Source: an uncultured Coriobacteriaceae bacterium
GTDB lineage: Bacteria > Actinomycetota > Coriobacteriia > Anaerosomatales > Anaerosomataceae
Length of the DNA: 35,831 bases
Assembly (NCBI GenBank): GCA_964582445.1
Contig: CAZOSR010000002.1
Location: 1 to 35,831, forward strand
Direction of reading: 5' to 3'
The notes beneath the pieces were generated by a model. It saw nothing but the letters and a program-made list of their open reading frames with translations. It was not told the DNA's origin and ran no database searches. The number at the start of each line of letters is the position of its first letter. Positions within the stretch are counted from its first letter, which is position 1. The translations under genes and the position numbers were made by a program. Below, piece after piece: positions 8,161 through 17,771 of this stretch.

Positions 8161-8169
8161 ATTGTAGCA
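8161..8169 (-). promoter_or_regulatory. Extended -10 element (TGC-TACAAT) upstream of the rsiG-like operon
   Basis: Plus-strand attgtagca reads TGCTACAAT on the minus strand, 46 nt before the ATG. Confidence 0.6.
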
Positions 8170-8231
8170 GACGAGACCGACATCACGGACTCAACCTCGA
8201 GTGCAACTCCAGGTGCAGCCGCGCTGGGATG

Positions 8232-8999
8232 TCACTCCAGCACCCGGTACTCATCCACCAGCGACAGCGCCTCCGTGCGCTCCGATCGCGTGAGCTCCCC
8301 CTGTGTCAGTGTCGCACCGAACGTGACGCTTGCCGCAGTGAGCACCGCGTCGACAAGGGCCGCTCGCTCCGGCCGGTACCCGAGCGCATCGGTGATCGTC
8401 GCGGTCGAGCCTTCAAGATCGCGGACGGACTGCTCATCGAGCATGAAGACGCGCGCTTCGCAGATCACGTCACGGCTGAGGACGAACGAGCCATGTTGAA
8501 GGCAGCTCTCGCGCTCCCACACCTGTGCGCTGCCAGACAGTTTGGCCGCGCCAAGGGAGAGGTCAGCACCGGTGGCGTGCAGGTAACACGCACCTCCACG
8601 CCTGCCCCGGTCACGTGCGGTCAGCGTGGCATCCACGCCAAGAGTCCGGTATGCCGCGGCGAGTGCGCTCGACAGGTACCGGTAGCTGTCACGCACTCCG
8701 CGTGGGACACCGTCGCGCACACCTGCGACGATCGAGTACGTCAACTCATCCGCATGGAGGACGCCTCGCCCGCCAGTGGGGCGGCGACACAGCCCGATTC
8801 CCTGCTGGTGACAGTATCGCGCGTCGACATCTCCCACGCGCTGAAACCGGCCGAGCGAAACGGTCGATGGTTCGAACTGGTACAGGCGCAACGTCGGCGG
8901 AGCCTCCCCACGTGCGTGAGCGCTCAGGAGGGCCTTGTCTACAGCCATGTTCCAGCAGCCATCGGCTGGATCGTCTATGAGCACGCGCCAATGGGCCAC
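8232..8999 (-). CDS. Lipoate-protein ligase / octanoyltransferase (LipM/LplA family)
   Basis: WNMAVDKALL, PTLRLY, SLGRFQ, RRPTGGRGVLH, ELTYS, KLSGSAQ, LQHGS. Follows the gcv genes. GTG start at 8999. Confidence 0.9.
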   Translation of the reverse strand: MAHWRVLIDDPADGCWNMAVDKALLSAHARGEAPPTLRLYQFEPSTVSLGRFQRVGDVDARYCHQQGIGLCRRPTGGRGVLHADELTYSIVAGVRDGVPRGVRDSYRYLSSALAAAYRTLGVDATLTARDRGRRGGACYLHATGADLSLGAAKLSGSAQVWERESCLQHGSFVLSRDVICEARVFMLDEQSVRDLEGSTATITDALGYRPERAALVDAVLTAASVTFGATLTQGELTRSERTEALSLVDEYRVLE

Positions 9000-9004
9000 G
9001 CCGC

Positions 9005-10516
9005 CTATGCCTCCGTACCAGCAGGCCTCCACGCGATGTCCGCCCTCTTGACCGCCGCTGCCTCGTCGAGCCGTCGCACCGGCGTGGTGTACGGCGCGCC
9101 GTGCAAGAGTTCGGGATCCTGGCGAGCTTCTTCGGCGATGGCCCGGAGCACCATTGCGAAACGGTCGAGCGTGGCCTTGCTCTCGGTCTCGGTCGGCTCG
9201 ACCATCATCGCCTCGTCAACGATCAGCGGGAAGTAGACCGTGGGCGGGTGTATCCCGTAATCGAGAAGCCGCTTGGCGACGTCGAGCGTGCGAACGCCGG
9301 TGGCTTTGCGGAGCGGTCCCCCCGACATCACGAACTCATGCATGCATATCCGGTCATACGCTACGGGCCAGACGTCCTCCAGCAGCGCCTTCACGTAGTT
9401 GGCCGAGAGCACCGCCTGCTCGGATATCGCCCGAAGCCCCTCGCCTCCAACAGCGCGGATGTACGTGTATGCACGCACAAGCACGCCGAAGTTGCCGTAG
9501 TACGACCGCACGCGGCCGATGGACCGCTCAGGCATGACCAGAGCGAGGGACCCATCTACCGCACGCTCGACGATCGGACCGGGAAGGTACTGCGCCAGTG
9601 CATCGCTGACGGCGACGGGCCCCGCGCCGGGGCCGCCACCTCCGTGTGGCGTGGCAAACGTCTTGTGCAGGTTGATGTGGAGCGCATCAAACCCCATGTC
9701 ACCCGGCCTGCTCTTGCCCATGATGGCATTCAGGTTCGCTCCGTCGCAGTACGCGAGCGCTCCCACACGGTGAACGGCCGCGGTGATATGGCAGATGTTC
9801 TCGTCGAAGAGACCGAGCGTGTTGGGGTTGGTGAGCATCAATGCAGCCACATCCGTGTCGAGCATCCGTTCGAGAGCCGCTAGATCGACGCCTCCACGCC
9901 CGTTGCTCGGCACTTGCACGACCTCGTAGCCGCACATCGCTACGGTTGCGGGATTCGTTCCATGCGCGGAGTCTGGCACCAGCACCCGCTTGCGAACGTC
10001 GCCCTGAGCCGCGTGATACGCACGTATCGCGAGGAGTCCCGTCAACTCCCCGTGCGCACCCGCCGCAGGCTGAAGCGTGACCGCAGGCAGACCCGCCACT
10101 TCGGCAAGCGATTCCTGAAGCCCCAACATGAGCTCCAATGCGCCCTGTACGGTGCCCTCGGGCTGATACGGATGGATGCGGGCGAAACCCGGAAGGCGAC
10201 ATGCCCATTCGCCGATCTTGGGGTTGTACTTCATGGTGCAACTTCCGAGCGGGTAGAACCCGCTGTCCACGCCGAAGTTGGTGCTTGCAAGATGCTCGTA
10301 GTGGCGTGCAAGCTCGACCTCAGTCACGTGTGGGAGCACGAGCGGAGCTGTACGTGCACGCCCGCCGAGCACCGTGTCCAACGACACCGGAGGTACGTCG
10401 AGCGCCGGAGGTTCCACACAGCTCGACCCGGCGGCCCCACGCTCGAAGATAAGCGTACCGGTCATCGGCTCTGAGAGCGCTCCGGCACGCGACACAGCCA
10501 CCTGATCGGCGGTCAC
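9005..10516 (-). CDS. gcvPB: Glycine dehydrogenase (decarboxylating) subunit 2
   Basis: FYPLGSCTMKYNP, QPAAGAHGE, PDSAHGTNPA, HINLHKTFATPHGGGGPG (PLP lysine), EPTETES. Confidence 0.97.
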   Translation of the reverse strand: MTADQVAVSRAGALSEPMTGTLIFERGAAGSSCVEPPALDVPPVSLDTVLGGRARTAPLVLPHVTEVELARHYEHLASTNFGVDSGFYPLGSCTMKYNPKIGEWACRLPGFARIHPYQPEGTVQGALELMLGLQESLAEVAGLPAVTLQPAAGAHGELTGLLAIRAYHAAQGDVRKRVLVPDSAHGTNPATVAMCGYEVVQVPSNGRGGVDLAALERMLDTDVAALMLTNPNTLGLFDENICHITAAVHRVGALAYCDGANLNAIMGKSRPGDMGFDALHINLHKTFATPHGGGGPGAGPVAVSDALAQYLPGPIVERAVDGSLALVMPERSIGRVRSYYGNFGVLVRAYTYIRAVGGEGLRAISEQAVLSANYVKALLEDVWPVAYDRICMHEFVMSGGPLRKATGVRTLDVAKRLLDYGIHPPTVYFPLIVDEAMMVEPTETESKATLDRFAMVLRAIAEEARQDPELLHGAPYTTPVRRLDEAAAVKRADIAWRPAGTEA

Positions 10517-11850
10517 AGGGCGCTCACCTCCTCCACGAAGCGATCGAGCGTCTCGCGGGTATGACGCTCCGTCACTGCAAAGAGCACGAGTCCCGCATCG
10601 GCGGGGTTGAACCGGACAAGATCAAGACCTGCCAGGAAACCCCGTGTGAGCATATCGGCCTGCATAGCCTTCACGTCACCCAGATACCGGAGGGTGAACT
10701 CGTTACCGAAACACGACTCGAAGACCCGCTCGAAGCTCCCCGTTTCGAGCAGGGCTCCCTCGAGGTAATGAGCTTTCGCAATGCATGCTTCGCCGATGCC
10801 TGCGAGACCCTCCTGGCCCACAGCCGCCAGATACACACCGGCCGCCAGGGCGTTCAGGGCGTGATTGGAGCAGATGTTCGAAGTCGCCTTCTCTCGGCGG
10901 ATGTGTTGCTCGCGGGTGGAGAACGTGAGCACGAACCCGGTCCGGCCGTCCACGTCGGTCGTTCGTCCAGCCACGCGGCCGGGCATCTGTCGGATGTGCT
11001 CCTTTCGGCACGCGAAGATGCCCAGACCCGGACCGCCGTAGGACGCGGCATTTCCCAACGCCTGCCCCTCTGCAACCACGATGTCCGCTCCATACGATGC
11101 CGGCGGCTCCATGACGCCGAGCAGGATGGGATGAGTGCCGACGATGAAGAGCGCCCCCACCTCGTGCGCCAGCACGCCAAGCGAGGCGAGGTCCTCGAGA
11201 GTCCCGTACCATGTGGGCGACGTGACGAGCAGCGCGGCAGTCGACCCGTCCATCTGGGCGGCCACAGACGGCGCGTCAGTGACTCCGCCCGTTGCGGCGA
11301 CCTCCACTACTTCCAGGGTGCCGGACTGCACGTACGTTGCGAGCACCTCGCGCCATTCGGGATGGACCGCTCCCGAGACAACGACTCGTCTGCGCTTGGT
11401 GACACGGGCAGCCATGAGTGCGGCCTCCGCAAAGGCCGTGGCCCCGTCGTACATGGACGCGTTGGAGACGTCCATGCCGGTCAGCTGGCAGATCATCGAC
11501 TGGTACTCGTAGACCGCCTGCAGTGTCCCCTGGCTGACCTCGGGCTGATACGGCGTGTACGCCGTGAAGAACGCGGGTTTGCCGACGACAGCATCCACGA
11601 TCGCAGGCACGTAGTGATCGTAGATCCCGGCGCCGAGGAACGAGACGACCTGACCGCCGTGTCTGTTGCGCGCCGCCAGTGACTCAAGGTGCGCCGCCAG
11701 CTCGATTTCGGTCATGCCGTCAGTCACACGCAGAGGACGCGCGAGCCGCGCGTCCTCCGGGATATCTCCAAACAGTTCGTCGACCGACCGTACGCCGATA
11801 CGTGCGAGCATCTCGACCTGCTCCTCGCAGGTCACCGGTATGAAGCGCAT
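10513..11850 (-). CDS. gcvPA: Glycine dehydrogenase (decarboxylating) subunit 1
   Basis: FLGAGIYDH, TAYTPYQPEVSQG, NASMYDG, REQHIRREKATSNICSN. Confidence 0.97.
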   Translation of the reverse strand: MRFIPVTCEEQVEMLARIGVRSVDELFGDIPEDARLARPLRVTDGMTEIELAAHLESLAARNRHGGQVVSFLGAGIYDHYVPAIVDAVVGKPAFFTAYTPYQPEVSQGTLQAVYEYQSMICQLTGMDVSNASMYDGATAFAEAALMAARVTKRRRVVVSGAVHPEWREVLATYVQSGTLEVVEVAATGGVTDAPSVAAQMDGSTAALLVTSPTWYGTLEDLASLGVLAHEVGALFIVGTHPILLGVMEPPASYGADIVVAEGQALGNAASYGGPGLGIFACRKEHIRQMPGRVAGRTTDVDGRTGFVLTFSTREQHIRREKATSNICSNHALNALAAGVYLAAVGQEGLAGIGEACIAKAHYLEGALLETGSFERVFESCFGNEFTLRYLGDVKAMQADMLTRGFLAGLDLVRFNPADAGLVLFAVTERHTRETLDRFVEEVSAL

Positions 11851-11853
11851 ATG

Positions 11854-12237
11854 TCAGGCTTCCTCGGCGAGAAACGCTTCGTAATCGTCGGCATCCATCA
11901 GGGCGTCGACCTCGGATAGATCGTCGACTTTGACCTTGATCATCCATCCGTCGCCGTAGCAGTCGTCGTTCACCGTCTCCGGCGCATCGTCAAGAGCGCT
12001 GTTGACCTCGAGCACCTCTCCGGCGACCGGAGAGAAGAGCTCGGACACCGACTTGACGGACTCTACCTCGCCGAATGACTCGCCCGTGCTCACAGCGTCG
12101 CCAACGGAGGGCAGATCCACGTAGACGACCTCGCCCAGCTGGTCTTGTGCGAAGTCCGAGATGCCGATCGTGGCAACGTCACCGTCCATGCGCACCCACT
12201 CGTGCTCACGGTCGTACTTCAGGTCCTTGGGATACAT
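11854..12237 (-). CDS. gcvH: Glycine cleavage system H protein
   Basis: HEWVR, GISDFAQDQLGEVVYV, VESVKSVSE (lipoyl-Lys), YGDGWM. Confidence 0.97.
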   Translation of the reverse strand: MYPKDLKYDREHEWVRMDGDVATIGISDFAQDQLGEVVYVDLPSVGDAVSTGESFGEVESVKSVSELFSPVAGEVLEVNSALDDAPETVNDDCYGDGWMIKVKVDDLSEVDALMDADDYEAFLAEEA

Positions 12238-12264
12238 CGGTCGCGCTCCTTTCCCTGTCTTCGC

Positions 12265-13371
12265 CTACGACCCGTGAGCCGACAGCGATGTGCTCTTCAC
12301 GAACGGCGGCTTGGTCACGACCGCTGACACCACCTTGCGGCGAATGGCGATCTCCAACTCCGTTCCCGGCGAGGCCAGGCCCGTAGGGACGTACGCGGTC
12401 GCGATGCCATGGCCGAGCGTCGGCGAGAACGTGCCGCTTGCCACCTTACCGACCGCGAGAGTCCCGTGCAATACGGCGTACCCGTGACGCGGAACGCCCT
12501 CGGTCACCGTCAGTCCGACCAGTCTCTGTGCCGGCCCTGTTTCGCGCACATGTGCAATCGCCTCAGCGCCGATGAAACCCGTCTTCCCCTTCGGGACCAC
12601 CCACCCCAATCCGGCCGAGACCGGGTCGGTTTGCCGATCCATGTCGCTCCCGTACAGCGGATAGCCCATCTCGAGACGGAGAGTGTCGCGGGCTCCCAGA
12701 CCACACGGCACCACGTCAGGGAAACTGAGGAGCGCCCGCCAGATCCTGACTGCGTGGGTCGCATGGCATACGACCTCCACGCCGTCCTCACCTGTGTAAC
12801 CGGTGCGCGCGAGCAGCACCGGCACAGTGTCGAGTGTTGCCTCGGCGATCGCAAAGCGAGCGGGAGGCTCCCACCCGCCACCGGCGAGTTCCCCCACGAT
12901 ATCCAGCGCGCGTGGGCCCTGCACGGCGATAAGCACGGTGCGATCGCTCTCATCGACACACTCCACGCTTTCCGGGAGGTGCGACGTGATCCACTCCCAG
13001 TCAGTCTCACGATTTGCAGCGTTCACGACGATCAAGTACTCGAGGTCACCCGTGTGGTAAACGATCAGGTCATCGATGATGCCACCGTCGTCGCTACACA
13101 TGACCGTGTACAGCGCGCTCCCGATCTCATCGATGCGGTCAAGGTCGTTGGTCAGAATCGCCTGCAATGCAGCCTTTGCCTCGAGACCTTGGACTCGGAA
13201 CTCACCCATGTGCGACACATCGAATACACCTGCGGCCGCCCGCACGGCGTTGTGCTCCTCGATGATGCCCGCATACTGTACCGGCATCTTCCAGCCGGCG
13301 AAGTCGACCATGCGTGCCCCGAGCGCCACGTGCTCGCTGAAGAGCGGTGTCTTGCGCGCACCCTCGCCCAT
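12265..13371 (-). CDS. gcvT: Aminomethyltransferase (glycine cleavage T protein)
   Basis: KTPL, FAGWKMPVQY, FDVSHMG, RTGYTGEDG, GLGARDTLRLEMGYPLYG. ATG at 13371 after GAGGAG. Confidence 0.97.
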   Translation of the reverse strand: MGEGARKTPLFSEHVALGARMVDFAGWKMPVQYAGIIEEHNAVRAAAGVFDVSHMGEFRVQGLEAKAALQAILTNDLDRIDEIGSALYTVMCSDDGGIIDDLIVYHTGDLEYLIVVNAANRETDWEWITSHLPESVECVDESDRTVLIAVQGPRALDIVGELAGGGWEPPARFAIAEATLDTVPVLLARTGYTGEDGVEVVCHATHAVRIWRALLSFPDVVPCGLGARDTLRLEMGYPLYGSDMDRQTDPVSAGLGWVVPKGKTGFIGAEAIAHVRETGPAQRLVGLTVTEGVPRHGYAVLHGTLAVGKVASGTFSPTLGHGIATAYVPTGLASPGTELEIAIRRKVVSAVVTKPPFVKSTSLSAHGS

Positions 13372-13382
13372 CTCGACTCCTC

Positions 13383-14624
13383 TCACATGAGCGGAACGGC
13401 GGTGGCCATCAGCTGTCCGCCGAACACGCTTCTCCATACCCTGGTGGACCAGATCTTCACTCGAGACCACGCGTCGGGCCGCTCGATCGCATTCGCGGAG
13501 ACCAGCGGTACCTGGGCCAGTAGACGATCCCCCTGTACGACCGTCAGCGTTCCCAGTCGCTGCCCTGCGACGACCGGAGCCTCCACCTCCCGTACGAAGT
13601 CTATAGTGCTCGTGACCTCGCCCTCCAGATCGAAGACAGGCACCAACGAATCCTCGGCCACCACCGCGGCCACCCTGCGATCGAGGTAGTCCGTCACCGG
13701 GATGAGCGCAGCTGTGGTCTCGGCCGCAGCCACCTCCCTGACGGCATAGTGTTCGAAACCCCAATCAAGGAGCGTTCGGGCTTCATCGAACCGTTCGTTC
13801 TCATCCCGCGCACCTAGCACCACGGCGACAAGACCGACATCCCCCCGGGTGGCCGATGCCACCACGCAGTATCCCGCCTTGTTCGTCCATCCCGTCTTGA
13901 TCCCATCAGCGCCCTCGTACGTGCCGAGCAGCTTGTTTGAGTTGTCATACCGCTTGAGACCGTACTGCCCGAGCACGGTGACCGACGGCAACGAGACGAT
14001 GTCTGCAAAACGCGGATCGGCCATCGCGATAGTAGCCAGTGTGGCCAGATCCTCTGCAGACGTGTAGTGTCCGGGTTCGTCCAGGCCATGCGGATTGGCG
14101 AACGACGTGTGCGCCAGGCCGAGCGCGGAGGCTTTCGCGTTCATAAGAGCGACGAACCCTTCCACACTCCCCCCGACGTGCTCCGCCAGCGCATAGGCAG
14201 CGTCGTTGCCGGATCGCACGAGCGTAGCCTCCAGCAGCTCACCCACGGTTATCGACTGACCGGTCACGAGGTCGACCTCAGCCTCCCCAACGCCGGACGC
14301 ACGGGCCGATACCGTAACGGTCTCGGATGGATCCGCGCCATCCAGCACGACTAGCGCGGTCATGATCTTGGTCGTCGATGCCATCGCGCGTTCGTCCTGG
14401 GCGTTGCGACTCCACAGCGTCCGCCCGTCGCGCGTGCGGAGCAGGCCTGACGGCATCGTGACAGCGGGGGTGGCCTCCGCCAGCGGATCCCCGGCCACGA
14501 CCGGCGTGGAACCGATCACGTCACCTTCCGCGCCGTATGCCGGAACGGACGCGTGAGCAGACCCGAGCAGCGCGGACAGGAGCAGCGCAGTGGACAGGGT
14601 GAGACGCCGGACGTGGTTCCACAC
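13383..14624 (-). CDS. D-alanyl-D-alanine carboxypeptidase (peptidase S11, PBP5/DacA-like)
   Basis: Signal peptide, SxxK (ASTTK), SGN, NPHGLD, KTG, PBP5-type C-terminal domain and amphipathic tail. Confidence 0.93.
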   Translation of the reverse strand: MWNHVRRLTLSTALLLSALLGSAHASVPAYGAEGDVIGSTPVVAGDPLAEATPAVTMPSGLLRTRDGRTLWSRNAQDERAMASTTKIMTALVVLDGADPSETVTVSARASGVGEAEVDLVTGQSITVGELLEATLVRSGNDAAYALAEHVGGSVEGFVALMNAKASALGLAHTSFANPHGLDEPGHYTSAEDLATLATIAMADPRFADIVSLPSVTVLGQYGLKRYDNSNKLLGTYEGADGIKTGWTNKAGYCVVASATRGDVGLVAVVLGARDENERFDEARTLLDWGFEHYAVREVAAAETTAALIPVTDYLDRRVAAVVAEDSLVPVFDLEGEVTSTIDFVREVEAPVVAGQRLGTLTVVQGDRLLAQVPLVSANAIERPDAWSRVKIWSTRVWRSVFGGQLMATAVPLM

Positions 14625-14783
14625 GTGTGCTGTCTCACTCCTCTCCGAAGCATGTCTGCTGGAATCAACACGATTGTACGGGAGTCGCGGACGGATGGCA
14701 CGCGCGCGCGTTCGCCAAGTCCGCTACCATAGTGCCGCACTCGATGCACACTGCTGGATCGGACGATGCGGCTCGGGGGAACC

Positions 14784-15125
14784 GTGGACCACTCACATAA
14801 CGCACCTGGAACGGACAACGGATTCACCCTCATGGAGCTCATGACGGTGGTCCTCGTGATCGCCATCCTGCTTGCTGTGGCAATCGCAACCTATGTACCA
14901 GCGTCCAGATCGGCAGCCGCCGCGTCCTGCAGGCACAACCAGCGGGTTCTCGAAGACGCGTACATGCAGGCGGAATGCACCGTCGGCTCTGAGGACCCCG
15001 ATGACATCGAGGATCTTGAACCGTTCGTGAGGAACTTCGACCACATCAGATACTGTCCGCTCGATGGCTCCGCACTCGAGTTCGACCCTGCCACAGGCGA
15101 CATCTCCTGCCCGAATCACCCGTGA
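14784..15125 (+). CDS. Type IV pilin / pseudopilin with class III signal peptide
   Basis: NG|FTLMELMTVVLVIAILLAVAI prepilin motif with E5, and C-terminal Cys (C..YCP..SCPNH). GTG at 14784 after GGGGGA; alternative start 14766. Confidence 0.88.
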   Translation: MDHSHNAPGTDNGFTLMELMTVVLVIAILLAVAIATYVPASRSAAAASCRHNQRVLEDAYMQAECTVGSEDPDDIEDLEPFVRNFDHIRYCPLDGSALEFDPATGDISCPNHP

Positions 15126-15150
15126 GGACCGACCTGACGAGGAGACCGCA

Positions 15151-16008
15151 GTGAAGTACCCGCGCTTTGAGATCCTGGCGTTCATACTGGGCACAGCGGC
15201 GATCGCGGGCAGTCTGCTCGTGCCATCGACAACCCAGGTCATGCCTGCCGAGGTCGTCGGCCAACTCCTGCTCGTCCTGGTACTGGCAGGCGCGCTGCAC
15301 TGGGGACGTGAGGGCGGGTTTGTCACCGCACTGATCGCGGTCGTCATCTACGTTGGCATGCGTTACCCGCTGATGAGGACGGAGGGACTCTCTTCCGACA
15401 TCGTCACCATGATCGCCTCCAGGGCGATAGCCTACACCGTGGTAGGTCTGGCCGGCGGGGAGCTCGCGGGAAGGGTCAAGTACCTGTTCGCGCGGATCGA
15501 ACGCGAGGCGATGATCGATCCGGTCACACGCGTGTACAGCGCACGCTATGCGGGTGAGACTATCGCCTGCGCACTCGGAAAGCATCGGCGCTACGAAACG
15601 CCGTGTTCCGTGCTCCACCTCAAGGTCTCGCCTGCGGTGTGGTCGGATCTCAAGACATCACGCATGAGCGCACTCATGCGTCGAGTGGCGTCGCACCTAC
15701 GGAACAACGTGCGCATGGTCGATGACGTGGCCTACAACGGAAATGCGGGCTTCATCATCATCCTTCCGGAGACAGGGTCCGATGGCGCCGATGTGGTGGC
15801 CCGGCGCGTCCATCTCGGGATCGTTGACACCATAGGGTGCTCCGCCGATGAAGTGACCTTTGAGAAGCTCGTGTGCGGAACCGACGATGCGCGGCTTGAG
15901 GAACTTGCTGGCGTGCTCGCGCCCGATCACGAGGAGACGTCTGATCCGGACCTCTCCCGCCGGAACCAGCTGCGCCGCGCGTCCGACGGGGCGGATGCGC
16001 ACCGCTAG
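15151..16008 (+). CDS. Membrane protein with catalytically degenerate GGDEF domain and intact RxxD I-site
   Basis: About four TM helices, then IDPVTRVYS (DxLT..N equivalent) and RMVD-DVAYN-GNAGF-IIILPET. GTG after GAGGAG. Confidence 0.75.
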   Translation: MKYPRFEILAFILGTAAIAGSLLVPSTTQVMPAEVVGQLLLVLVLAGALHWGREGGFVTALIAVVIYVGMRYPLMRTEGLSSDIVTMIASRAIAYTVVGLAGGELAGRVKYLFARIEREAMIDPVTRVYSARYAGETIACALGKHRRYETPCSVLHLKVSPAVWSDLKTSRMSALMRRVASHLRNNVRMVDDVAYNGNAGFIIILPETGSDGADVVARRVHLGIVDTIGCSADEVTFEKLVCGTDDARLEELAGVLAPDHEETSDPDLSRRNQLRRASDGADAHR

Positions 16009-16424
16009 ATATCTGCGGCACGCAGAACCCGGATGCCCGCCTCGCCGAGCACTCTCATGGCGTCGGTGACCCGCTCCACCCTGAAGACGTCCACCGCACT
16101 GCTCCCACCCGGCTCCACGAAACAGTACGCGTACTCTACGTTGATGTCTTCAGCACCAAGCACCTCAAGGATGTCGGCGAGTCCGCCGGGATGATCCGGC
16201 ACCGCTACCGCGATGACCTCGGTAACGCTCACGCTGAAGCCGGCGTCCTCCAACGCGTCCTTTGCCACCTGCGTGCGGTCGCAGATGATGCGCACGACTC
16301 CGAACTCGGCCGTATCAGCGACCATGAGGGCGCGCATGTTGACGCCAGCGTCCCCCAGGGTGCGCGTGAGCCGCGCAAGCCGGCCAGGGCTGTTCTCCAG
16401 AAAGACCGTGAGTTGGCGTACCAT
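16005..16424 (-). CDS. Tandem ACT-domain protein
   Basis: QLTVFLENSPGRL..NMRALMVADTAEFGVVRII..VPDHPGGLA..INVEYAY. This family typically sits beside paaK. Confidence 0.9.
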   Translation of the reverse strand: MVRQLTVFLENSPGRLARLTRTLGDAGVNMRALMVADTAEFGVVRIICDRTQVAKDALEDAGFSVSVTEVIAVAVPDHPGGLADILEVLGAEDINVEYAYCFVEPGGSSAVDVFRVERVTDAMRVLGEAGIRVLRAADI

Positions 16425-16427
16425 TGA

Positions 16428-17729
16428 TCACTCACTCCTCTCTGCGCGCAGATCGATGACGCGCTTCGCCTTGCCTTCGGACCGCTGGATGGACCTGGGC
16501 TCTACAAGCCTGACGGCGATGTTGACCGCCAGGGCTGATGCGATCTCCGCCGAGACACGTCCACGGAGCCGTTCGAGCGTTTTGACCTCGTCGAAACTGA
16601 CCTCAGGGCCGACCTCGACGTGCACCTCGACATGATCCATGCTCCCGCGCCGAGATAGCACGACCTGGTAGTACGGAGCGACACCGGGGATGCCCAGCAG
16701 AACCTGCTCTATCTGGCTCGGGAACACATTCACGCCCCTGATGATGAGCATATCGTCCGAACGCCCGGTCACGCGCTCCAGGCGGCGGAATGTACGTCCG
16801 CACGAACACTTCCCGGGCACGATGCGCGAGATGTCACGCGTGCGGTACCGGACGACCGGTATGCCTTCCTTGGTGAGCGTGGTGAAGACCACCTCTCCCC
16901 GCTCGCCGTCAGCCACAGGGCGAAGGGTCTCGGTGTCTACGATCTCGACGATGAAGTGATCCTCATTCACGTGCAAGCCGCACTTGCACTCACACTCGGC
17001 CGCCACACCCGGGCCGAGCACCTCGGACAGACCGTAGATGTCGATCGCCATGATCCCGAGCTGTCGCTCTATCTCCGAACGGGTGTTCTCGCTCCACGGC
17101 TCGGCGCCGAAGATGCCCGCCTTGAGAGAGAGGCTCGCCGGATCGATACCCATGTCATGCGCAGTCTCCGCGATCAGGAGCGCGTAGCTTGGAGTGCATG
17201 CCAGGATCGTGGTGCCGAAGTCTTTCATGACCTGGACCTGGCGTTTCGTATTGCCGCCGGAAATCGGAATCGTCGCGCATCCGAGCCGCTCCGCCCCGTA
17301 GTGCACGCCGAGTCCTCCGGTGAACAGACCGTACCCGTAGGCATTCTGTACGATGTCGCCCGGCGTACCCCCGGCTGCGGCGATCGTCCGCGCCATGAGA
17401 TCCGCCCAGCGGTCGATATCACCCGCGGTATACCCGACGACGGTGACCTGGCCGGTGGTTCCCGACGATGAATGCAGACGAACGATGCGCTCCATCGGAA
17501 CCGCGAACATGCCGTACGGATAGCCAGCGCGCAGATCGTCCTTCACGGTGAACGGGAAGTCAGCGAAATCCGCAAGCGTTGCCACACGAGGCGCAACACC
17601 GGCCTCATCGAACTTGCGCCGATAGGTCGGCACGTTCTCGTATACACGGGACAGCAGGCCGTTCAGCCGCTCGAGTTGGAGCGCCTCAAGCTGCTCCCGG
17701 CCCATGGTCTCGTATTCAGGCTGAAACAC
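16428..17729 (-). CDS. paaK: Phenylacetate-CoA ligase family protein
   Basis: HSSSGTTG, YGYGLFTGGLG, GAEPWS, DIYGLSE, RYRTRD, GRSDDMLIIRGVNVFPSQIE. Likely GTG start at 17729 (alternative 17753). Confidence 0.93.
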   Translation of the reverse strand: MFQPEYETMGREQLEALQLERLNGLLSRVYENVPTYRRKFDEAGVAPRVATLADFADFPFTVKDDLRAGYPYGMFAVPMERIVRLHSSSGTTGQVTVVGYTAGDIDRWADLMARTIAAAGGTPGDIVQNAYGYGLFTGGLGVHYGAERLGCATIPISGGNTKRQVQVMKDFGTTILACTPSYALLIAETAHDMGIDPASLSLKAGIFGAEPWSENTRSEIERQLGIMAIDIYGLSEVLGPGVAAECECKCGLHVNEDHFIVEIVDTETLRPVADGERGEVVFTTLTKEGIPVVRYRTRDISRIVPGKCSCGRTFRRLERVTGRSDDMLIIRGVNVFPSQIEQVLLGIPGVAPYYQVVLSRRGSMDHVEVHVEVGPEVSFDEVKTLERLRGRVSAEIASALAVNIAVRLVEPRSIQRSEGKAKRVIDLRAERSE

Positions 17730-17771
17730 GCCGGTCCCCTCTCCCGCGCACATCGGACGTGTACGCTCGCT

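Noticed and set aside
13372-13382. Glycine riboswitch before gcvT
   Set aside because: Only 11 nt separate dacA and gcvT.
14697-14711. Alternating (CG)n run
   Set aside because: Short and expected by chance at this GC content.
14625-14783. Sigma-28/WhiG promoter upstream of the pilin, which would link it directly to the RsiG-like protein
   Set aside because: No TAAA-N15/16-GCCGA(T/A) match was found; only a TACCAT -10 at 14725-14730.
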